Assembly (NCBI GenBank): GCA_030248215.1
Contig: JASANG010001204.1
Coordinates: 62,001 to 126,000, forward strand
DNA: 64,000 nt
DNA from: Enoplolaimus lenunculus
Lineage: Eukaryota
Direction of reading: 5' to 3'
Made by a program: the position numbers and the translations under genes. Below the pieces are notes generated by a model that made no database searches, had not been told where the DNA came from, and was given only the letters and a program-made list of their open reading frames with translations. Each line of letters opens with the position of its first letter. Position 1 is the first letter of the stretch. This document shows positions 50,271 to 64,000 of the stretch, piece by piece.

Positions 50271-50458
50271 GGCCCATGGATAGAGCAGGGCCGGATCGTT
50301 TTCCGAAGGGGCTATAATAGAGTCTTTAAGGTTTAGACTAATTTTTTGCTTAGGCTTAGGCTTAGGCATAGGAATAGGCTCATCCATACGCTTAGGCTTA
50401 GACTTAGTCTTAGCAATATGCTTATACAACTGTTCCGGCGCTGTTCTATACATGGGCC
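50271..50458. mobile_element. GGCC-ended TTAGGC MITE with perfect 9-bp TSD
   Basis: GGCCCATGGATAGAGCAGGGCCGGA...TCCGGCGCTGTTCTATACATGGGCC; CAATCACAG at 50262-50270 and 50459-50467. Confidence 0.8.
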
Positions 50459-51265
50459 CAATCACAGTTATCCGGTTCCGGTTCCTGTAGTGTTCGGTCC
50501 CGGTTGTGTTTTTCTGGTATTTATTTATATTCGTTTGCTTTCTGGCAGCGAGGAAAGCTAGGTTAAACATCAATTCTTAATATCTCTAAATAGTATATGC
50601 GTCACCGGCGGATCCAAGGTGGAGAATCCGCCTAGGCACCCACAAAGGGATCGAAACCAAGGTTTTAATGAAGGTTTTGATCTAAGTGGTGTGTGACTTC
50701 TCGCTCGTTTCGCTCGCGAGTTTATTCTATTGTTATATCTCGCGCTGACCCCCTTTTAAAATTTCTGGGTTCGCCACTGATACACATCCAGGGGTAGCAA
50801 CATAGAAAAAATTTTGGGACCGAACCAAAATATGGGCTTTGAATCTGCTTGGCTACTTATATAGCTGAAACGCTCGACATGCGTATATTAGAAATCGTTC
50901 CAGCGCATAACTTCTATTAGTCAAAGTGGTTGCACGATTTGCAAGGCCATTGCTGGTTCTATGCTGAAACGCTACTGAAATAAATATATCTGTCATCCCA
51001 GCTCTAGATATACAAGTACGTTTTGACAATTATTGATGACTATATACAATTAGATTTATGTTAGTGGGACGTCGCATCATCAACATTATATGGGTCATGA
51101 CGTGACACACATTTTTCAGCTTTATGGATTTGAAAACTTTATAAACATTTGAACTCAGGCATTAATGGAAGTTCTGATCTGCCACACAAAGCGTCCAGAT
51201 TCTCGGCATACAAATCTTGCAACTACTTTGACTAGTTACCTAAATGTTCAATAAACCTTAGAGTT

Positions 51266-51506
51266 AGGGTTGCGCTATACTCGACGTCTGGCGTCGTCCG
51301 CCACCGTGCGTCACCCGTACGGCACCGTCCGTCATTCATACGGCGCCGTCCGTCATCGTTCGTACCATACGTTATCGTACCTACGTGAGTTCTTGCGTAA
51401 GATACCGGACGGCGCCGTACTCGTGACGCACGGTGACGAACGGCGCCGTACGGCTGACGCACAGGACGGACGGCGCCGGACGTCAACAAAAATATAGCAC
51501 AACCCT
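51266..51506. mobile_element. GC-rich MITE with CGGCGCCGTAC-type internal repeats
   Basis: TIRs AGGGTTGCGCTATA / TATAGCACAACCCT. Confidence 0.65.
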
Positions 51507-53314
51507 TATTGCTATAAAACCAAAAAGTCAATTCTTACAAGTGTACAATAGAAAATCACTATAATTTTGTTTTCGAATATATAGCGAACAGGTTCCTTAG
51601 AGTAATTGACCAAGTCTGACCCTACAATACAATTCCTATGCTTCACTTATTAGTGGTCTAAAAGACATCAAAAATAGTATTATCACATTTAAGAAAAAAC
51701 CATACAGGAAGTCATGTGCAATTAGTGCTATAAATACCAGACAACTATGTAAATTTATTCATTTTCGCACGCCTTGTGGAAAGTCTAAAATACTTGGTTT
51801 CTAATTTATGATTTTATAAAAATTGCGTTTACAATTTTTATTCATTTCATTAAAACTCAAATTCACACGTGCAAGTTTTTGCAGCGATAACTCGCAGCTG
51901 CAATTTGCACGAAATATTTGCAGCTTTAAGTATTTTCAAAGGAACATTCCGATTGGCCCAACAAACTGCAGGTGCAAAAAATTCAAGCGACATACAACTG
52001 CATTCACAGGTGCGAATTAAATTCAATAGCGTGAATTCAAGTGAATAATTAGCAGCTGCAAGAACTTCAAAGCTACTTTGTGAGCAAATTTGTACATGCA
52101 AGTTGCACGTGCAAGTTTTTGCTGCAAAAACTTATACGTGTGAATAGGGCTTAACTGTAACGCAAAATTGTTTGATTTCTGAAAAGCAAAAAGCTGCGTT
52201 TTGCGAACCACTTTGAACGAGATTATATCGAAATATGCGCGAAAATGAGGCAGTATTACTTGTTCGCCAAGCCAAGGGTGAATACAACAAATGAAAAGCA
52301 CCATTCACCACCATTATCTTGCTGAAATGTTTTCAAATTTTTCGTCACGAAAAGAACTTTCAAGTGCAGAAAAATTTTACAACTGCCTCGGAGTTCTGCC
52401 GTCAACCTTTAAGGTTTCAAACAGTTTCAACAGAAAAAAGCACAAACATAAAATATGAACGAAATTAAGAAGTGAATTGCACGTAAATATTGTCGAAACC
52501 TAAACTACAGTGTATAATAAGCAATGTTCTCAATATATTAAGTACCTTCATAGAATGAGTTTGCCTGTAGCCGATAACTTTTCGACGTCAACAATGACAA
52601 TATACCCCTACAATTAATACTAAGACAACTTAAGTGAGAATAAATTTCTTAATTCATTCTGACCTAACGCACCAAGACGGCAAAAATTTAAAGAATTTAA
52701 AATAAACCCAACTAAAGGCTTAATATAGTTTTTTAAAACAGATTATGGTCTGCTTCGAAATTTCAAAGTGGATATTTGCTATTTCACCTTGGCCGAAACA
52801 CTGAAACGCTTTTGTCATAAAATATGAAGTACAGGAAACCAAGTAATTTACAGTTATTTTTGCATTCTCGGTCGCATTTGCCCGTTTATCGGTTAAAGTA
52901 AAAAACTAAATTTTGACCAGTTTTAAGTAAACCAGTGTGGCTCATCTGGTAACGTTTACCATAAGTTTTTAATCGTTTTGCTGTTGAAATATCTGGCGAT
53001 TCCAGTAATTCTTGACCGAAGCTTAACATTTGAATTCAAACACAAAACAACACGACGCCATTCACTGGCGGATTCCACAGAGGCTACAAAGGCCTAGACT
53101 CTCCCGCAGGGGCAAACCCCATAATTTCGTGTTAAGGCGAAGTAAATTGGGTTCTGCTTATCGCGCGCATTGTTATCGAGCTATTTTTGACTATAATATC
53201 ATGCGACCTCAACCCGCCGAAAAACTATGGATCCGCCACTGACACCCGTGTTCAACAATAACCCATAAGCTTCTAATTTCAAGGGTGCGTTTAACAATTT
53301 TGGCTTGCGCGCGG

Positions 53315-57896
<4,582 letters not shown>

Positions 57897-58674
57897 CTAA
57901 GCCTGAGCGTAAGAATGAGCTTATACCTTTTAGCCTAAGCCTAAGAAAAAAGTTGCTCTAAAGCATAAGCTTCATTTATTGCAGTTCTGCAGTAAACCAC
58001 TCCGCCATTTGGCCGGAGTTCTCAAAACGTGAGGCCCTATCATTGTCCGCGCTCTCAAATGTGTGTAGCACCTATCACTTGGTGGTAGGTGTTGTAACTT
58101 TCGAACCAGTTGAACGCTGACACCTCAAAATACAGCACATTTCTCGCATATGATTTGCTCTATACTTGCTAGACACATTTGAGAATATGGGCCCTAATTA
58201 AACAATAACCTGTATTCAAATAGATTTGTTTCTAATTAAAGATAGTACTGATGCTAACTGTATGTAGAACAGTTCTTAAGCTGTATACTAGTCAATTGTG
58301 AACACGAGTTCTGCGCTAATAAACTGCGCTGAACGCTTGTTCCAAATTTTGTGTATGGTCGGTCGACCTCCATATCCTAAAATAATTAAAATCAAAAACG
58401 ACCTGATTAATTTCTTTTAACGATTACAGTTCATTTAGTGTTATACTTTCCAGCTGCATGCTGTAGGATTAACCTAAACAGATTTAATAATATCTATCAT
58501 CAATAGGCCAGGTGCTACAACTAACAGAGTAGATTATAACCATAATAGGTTGAGCTATTTTTCCATTCATTATGTCACAAGCTAAACGTTTGAGAATCCA
58601 ATTACAGATTAACAATCAAAGCAGTTGCACCTTTCTTAGATTTGGGATTGGACTTTTTGTAGGCTTAAAATCAG

Positions 58675-58897
58675 AGCCCGTATTCTCAAATGTGAGTAGC
58701 ACCTATCACCATTTAGTGATCGGTCCTGTAACTTTGGAACCAGTGTATGGTGAGGTTCGAAATTACGCACATTGTTTGCGTTTGATTTGCCCTACTTCTG
58801 CAAAAAATTTTACATCTGCAACTGCAGATGTTCGTCAGTTTGAAAACCTGTCGCTAAATTGATGATAGTTCCTATACGCATTTGAGAATATGGGCCC
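58675..58897. mobile_element. GGGCCC-ended MITE (possibly PIF/Harbinger-like)
   Basis: TIRs GAGCCCGTATTCTCAAATG / CATTTGAGAATATGGGCCC. Confidence 0.65.
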
Positions 58898-60143
58898 TAG
58901 ATTCAAATAGGCCCATCGTTGCAGTTTTGAAAATACCGACCCTGATCTTGACATGGACCCTGGTCGCCATCTCAACATGCTAAGGGGGCTAAAAAATTTC
59001 ACAAGGAGCATTCAAACATTTCACATATTAACTTACTAAATAAGTTAACACTTTTTTAGAGGGAGGGCAAAATTTTTCCAGGGGGTGGCTCAAACCCTTG
59101 TCTTTCCCTGCTTTTCGCCTCTGCCTACGAGCCAGTAAAAAATGATCTGTATCAAACGCGTAGCATGCTGAACCCAACATAATAGATCTGCATAAAAAAT
59201 ATAAAATCGTGGGACATCTGGGGTTGTTGTATAATATTTACACGCGGTTCGAAAGCATTTCCAACAGGACAGACTACGAAGCTTTGCATGCCTGCTGAGT
59301 ACCAAGTTGTCTTATTCATTAATGCTTACACGGTCTTCTAGAAGAAACTTCACACGATATTAAGCAGAACAGATGAACAAAGAATTACAAACGAAATAAT
59401 AAATATAATTCTAAACTCTGGTAGGATTTACTTAATAGATTGGTCCTACACTCTTATCCAGGTTACTCGTTTGCTTTTAAAGTATCATTAACGAAGACAA
59501 TTTTCGTTGTTTTGGTGAGCGGCCCTGCCACTGCTTCCTCCTTACGCCGGTCGTCTACTGCTATATGACATGGTGAGGAATGAGTACGGTATTGTCATTT
59601 GACCGTTATGACAAATATAATTATGGCAAAACCCATATCTGCAATTTTACTGAACGGTTCTAGAACCATCGGGATGTATTCTGGATGAAAACAGGTTTTC
59701 GCCTTAAAGCAGAAAATCTGTAATAAATTAAAATCAAGAGGAAATTATCCAGATATCAAGAATTTAAATGGAAATTGAAGATTTATGAAAAATTAGAAAA
59801 ACCAGAAAAGTTTCAGTCTTTAGTTTCACTGTTGTTTGTCTCAGTTTTACTACTGTCAATACAATATGTTGTCATTTTCCTGCAGCTTTAAACACTTGTG
59901 CAGAGAGAATTTTTAAGCATGAGTCTTAACCTTAAATGTTGGGCGGGGCGGGAGCAAGAGTTCAAAATTCCTCATATTTGTTTTGCCTCACCAGAGAGAA
60001 TTCTATCTCACTTTGTTTAATGGACGCACTTGAGCTGGATTCAAAAAAATCAGCGTTTAGTTTGGATTGCGTTATAAGTGAAAGTTGGAAAAATTTTGAC
60101 ATTCAGGCACAAAACAAGAAATGAACTATTTCCCAAACTGAAG

Positions 60144-61742
60144 CTATATTTTACACCTACCGTCGAGCAGTATGTTGGTCAGAAGTTCGTTCATTGAACT
60201 GAAATGCAAGCGCTCATTGACTCCTACAGAAGCGTTTCTATACTCTTCTGATTTGTTTGTATTTTCCGACCACAACCCTGGTATATTCGAAGTTTGGTTT
60301 ATATCATCCCGGCACGATTCTGATTGGACGCCATCACCGCTCCAAGGTGAATGATCACGCGTTTCAGTTTCGCTATACTTTGTCGCTTGATCTTCGTTTA
60401 ACAGTTCACATTCGTTTTCGTCATATCGATCAAAATCTGACTTGTCACTATCAGTTTGGTCCCCATTCTCGTTGTTATACCGCTCATCGTTCATAGTTAT
60501 TGTTCCTGCTGTTTGTAATTCGTCTGCTGCACTTGAAACTTGCCGTTCATCAAATTCTTCAACTTGTCCAACGTATGGCGTTCGTTGATTCAAATATGGC
60601 CCATCACAATTTTCCGTCAGTTTCGCTAAAAGTTCCGTCAGTTGATTTTGTACTCCACGCAAGTTTGACGAAGTTAACGACGAGTTTTCGTCAGTGTCGT
60701 TCAATGAACGTTCAGTGTGTAGTGGTTCGTTTTCGTTGAAAGTGTGTTGAAGATTTGAAAGAAATGTGACCAATTGCATTTCAAGTGATGACTCTGCGGA
60801 TGTAGTTCCGGTTGTACGTGTCAGTTTATTTTGCTTTTGGGTATCGTTCAGCTTGATTGATTTAGACGTGATGCCTTGATCAACCGGAGACAACATTCGC
60901 TTCCTGTACCCTGAAGTAGAGTTGGTAAGATTCTTGGAATCTGGTAGTGATGAATTTGGAAACGATTTTTGCCGAGATGTAATACAGTATTCTGATTGGC
61001 TGTAACTGATGTTTGCATTGATGTCATCGCTATTATGTGGCGAATCAGTCTGTTCGATCTTTATTGGTGGATTTTGAGCACTGCCTGTAGCACAATCTAA
61101 AATGACTGCTGGTTGGCTGTTAATGTTCGTTGCCAGAGTGTCTTTTTGAATTTCAATGGGTTGATTGCTAGCATTACTGCTGAAATCAGATTCAACAGAT
61201 TTTAATTGGTCAAATGTGGCTCTTTCTGATAAAAACTGTTTGAATTGTATAGAATGCTTCATTTTCCAGTCGTCGTCGCTATGGTTTAATGTTGAAACGT
61301 TGCCGCCCAAACGTTTGCAAACTTCTTCTTCAGTATATTGTCTTGTGTCTCGTTTAATCTCAATCTCATGTTTATCTCGGCACGCAATATTCGAATTCTT
61401 GTTTAATGAAGTATACCAGGTACTGACCTCAAAATTCGAAATAGGTTCAGATTGATGGTGTATGCTTGAAGTAGGAATAGTGGAAGTTTTACAAACCGGC
61501 TTGTTATTAGGCACAACTGAAACACTACCACTTGTATCCTCTGTAAAAGAAACATCCTGAGCAACTGAATAAGGCATGTCTTGAGCATGTTGAATAGGCA
61601 CCGTATGAACGCGGGTAGAGCTTGAGTTGATGGGGAATAATTGGTGTTCAAACCTTTGACTGGTTTCATTTTTGCTGGTGTTTGGAGCAGAGGTAAAAGT
61701 ATTCCGTTTACGGTAACAGTTTGGCGATGATTTATGTCTCAT
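60144..61742 (-). CDS. 532-aa Ser/Thr/Asn/acidic low-complexity ORF; possible first exon of the AP-2 gene (donor at 60161) or a separate gene
   Basis: 1.6-kb stop-free frame in AT-rich DNA; GACG|GTAGGT donor in phase 1 matches the AP-2 acceptor phase. Confidence 0.65.
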   Translation of the reverse strand: MRHKSSPNCYRKRNTFTSAPNTSKNETSQRFEHQLFPINSSSTRVHTVPIQHAQDMPYSVAQDVSFTEDTSGSVSVVPNNKPVCKTSTIPTSSIHHQSEPISNFEVSTWYTSLNKNSNIACRDKHEIEIKRDTRQYTEEEVCKRLGGNVSTLNHSDDDWKMKHSIQFKQFLSERATFDQLKSVESDFSSNASNQPIEIQKDTLATNINSQPAVILDCATGSAQNPPIKIEQTDSPHNSDDINANISYSQSEYCITSRQKSFPNSSLPDSKNLTNSTSGYRKRMLSPVDQGITSKSIKLNDTQKQNKLTRTTGTTSAESSLEMQLVTFLSNLQHTFNENEPLHTERSLNDTDENSSLTSSNLRGVQNQLTELLAKLTENCDGPYLNQRTPYVGQVEEFDERQVSSAADELQTAGTITMNDERYNNENGDQTDSDKSDFDRYDENECELLNEDQATKYSETETRDHSPWSGDGVQSESCRDDINQTSNIPGLWSENTNKSEEYRNASVGVNERLHFSSMNELLTNILLDGRCKI

Positions 61743-62278
61743 TATATTAATTGGTGAGTATTTTCATTATATTCAGATTCACAGATTTCTCTGTAGGCCA
61801 ATTCTCAAATATAACGCAATTAAGAAGGAAGCATGCAGCTGTTTTTGCCACGATTCTGGTGCTACTTCATGCACGAACGAACTAATTACCTAAAACGCCT
61901 GTCGAAGCGGTTTAAATTAATTATGAACCTAATCATTTTCGCTTCCTAATTTTAGCAATCAAATTCGCAACAGTAATAAAAGAATATTCCCAAAGCCTAA
62001 GCGGAACAAAGAGCTTACACCCAAGCCTACGCAAAAAAGTTACTCTAAAGCTTAATGAGCTTACTCTATTGCAGTACCACAGAAAAACATTCCGCTCTTA
62101 ATCGTTGAATGGACCAGAACAACGGAGCCTTGTGTGGGTAATCGGATCATTGATCAATGTGGCGCCCAACATTGTATTTCAAAGTTATTACGTCAAAACT
62201 ATGACACGGATTCAACTTAAAATTATTTTCGTGATTAGAATTTTCCCATTTACACAATTCCAGACTCACAAGTCAAAC

Positions 62279-62476
62279 GGCCCATGTAAAGAACAGGGCC
62301 GGAACAGTAGTATAAGCATATTCCTAATCCTAATCCTAAGCCTGAGCCTAACACTAAGCGTAAGAATGAGCATATTCCTACGCCTAAGCCTAAGCAAAAA
62401 AAGTTAGTCTAAAGCTTAAACTGAGTCTATTACAAACCCGCCGGAAAGCGTTCCGGCCCTGTTCTATACATGGGCC
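62279..62476. mobile_element. GGCC-ended GCCTAA-containing MITE with 27-bp TIRs
   Basis: GGCCCATGTAAAGAACAGGGCCGGAAC / GTTCCGGCCCTGTTCTATACATGGGCC; flanks AGTCAAAC / AGCCAAAG. Confidence 0.8.
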
Positions 62477-62687
62477 AGCCAAAGCATACATCAAAACAGG
62501 TTGGAAATAATTTTCACAAAGAATAATTGATGAGGTTATATAACATCGCAATATCGTATTTGTTTTAATACCTGCTGGTATAAATGTTCAACCAATAAAT
62601 ACCCTTAATATGTATTTCGTCATTGCACTAAAATTCAACATGGCGAAATTTTGGAAGGCTGCAACATTCTAGCGATTCTATTTCTTA

Positions 62688-63112
62688 CTGTAGTGACCCG
62701 AATAAGCGTGGGAAGACTGATATTTATTTGACCTCTCCAGTGAATACCTCCCTGGTTGGTTACGGACTGTTATTAATATTTACCCGCCCTCCGCCACCCT
62801 TGGTTAGTGACATATACCCGGTATTGCAAGTATTTGTTGAATTAAACATGTATTTGTCTATCAAAAGTTTGAGTGATACTGCAAGGTTATACTTAGGAAT
62901 GTACTTTCAAAACTTAAGTATGCTTAAAGTTATGAACTCAAATTTATTTGGTCCTGGAGTCATTTATGCACTATAATTAAGGCTAAGTGACAAATATGGA
63001 CTCTAATTATGGTTTAGGGACTTTATCCGCTTACAGACTTCTGTTATTAGGGATGCTGATTCCTATTGATTCGGACTCAAAATGAGGACCCCTTTTATTC
63101 GGGTCACTGCAG
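62688..63112. mobile_element. TA-flanked MITE (CTGTAGTGACCCGAATAA family)
   Basis: TA-CTGTAGTGACCCGAATAA...TTATTCGGGTCACTGCAG-TA. Confidence 0.75.
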
Positions 63113-64000
63113 TACGCCTATGAACCTATTAAAATAAACAGGCGTGTAGCCAGAATTTTCCATTAGGGAAGGGTCTACGCAAGTACGCAACCAAGAGTTA
63201 TAAAAATAATTTAAGTTTTGTGTACGTTCGAACAGATGATTCGACCGCTCAAAAAACTTCTCGAGTGAGTTTCAATATGAAATCCCTTCGTAACAGTCGG
63301 AATTGTCAAAACGTTTCTTTCTTTCAATTTGGATTCTGTGATTAGACCCGCAAGCCTCCCTCGTTACATTCGTTGACTTACAAGCAAGTTTGAAAATTTT
63401 CAAGGGGGGGCTAAAATTTTTCCACTTCCACCCCTTGGCTACGGGTACGCATCGCTATGCGCCTGAACACAAACAATTTCGAAACGTATCACAAAACTAA
63501 AAAAGCCTATAGGAGAAGACTACAATTCATCGTATCCAAACATCATCAAACGTTTTGCTTTTGGGATATGATGCTGCTGGCAGCTGAACTTTTCTCGAAA
63601 TACACAATTTTGTGTACGTACGTTGTTCAAAGCGCTTTAAGCTATGAACACCCATCATAATATCCATTGTATTGCAGGAAAGGCCTATATACGTATAGAA
63701 AGCTTAATATTTAGTGTACAACGGTAGAGACAACGCTCGTTTTAGAAACGCGTTTCGCCTTCTAGCAAACAAACTAAAACATATTTTACTAGCAGCAAAT
63801 TTTAGTTTGTGTACAAGCTGTAAACTGTTCGCTAGCCTGCAGGGTTGCGCGTATATATGTAGCATAGACGCAGCCAGAGTGGGGTAATATCTGTGGGTAC
63901 CCGCGCGTAAACGCGGGTCGGGTAAAGAATTTGAGACGCGAGTAAACTCGAGGGTAAAGATTTATCAGGCGGGTAAAAACACAATTTTTACCGGCGGCAA

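Noticed and set aside
51232..51531. Arg-rich ORFs on both strands (also 53956-54247)
   Set aside because: GC-rich repeat interiors that lack stop codons.
60172..61669. Short plus-strand and alternative-frame ORFs overlapping the 532-aa ORF
   Set aside because: Shadow frames of the long minus-strand ORF.

Overview
AT-rich, intron-rich animal DNA, most likely a nematode given the many interstitial TTAGGC telomere-type repeats (a large-genome clade I species is a guess). It holds two spliced minus-strand genes. One is a roughly 15-exon multi-C2H2 zinc-finger gene with SIM-like motifs and an RS-rich tail (43659->28014). The other is the 3' part of an AP-2/TFAP2 transcription factor gene (57805->53315), with a possible 527-codon upstream exon at 61742-60161. 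Most intergenic and intronic DNA consists of MITE families and local tandem duplications. The standout is a miniature non-coding LTR retrotransposon (TRIM) at 43798-46016: two 254-bp TG..CA LTRs, a 5-bp TSD, a tRNA-Pro-type PBS, a PPT and only 107 bp of internal sequence. Each LTR carries a 72-nt tRNA-like Pol III unit (A box, B box, T4) clamped in a 20-bp stem, making it a tRNA analogue of the plant 5S-carrying Cassandra TRIMs that may encode its own RT primer. A 5'-truncated CR1-type LINE is inserted in its 3' LTR. All calls are by eye; no database searches were run.
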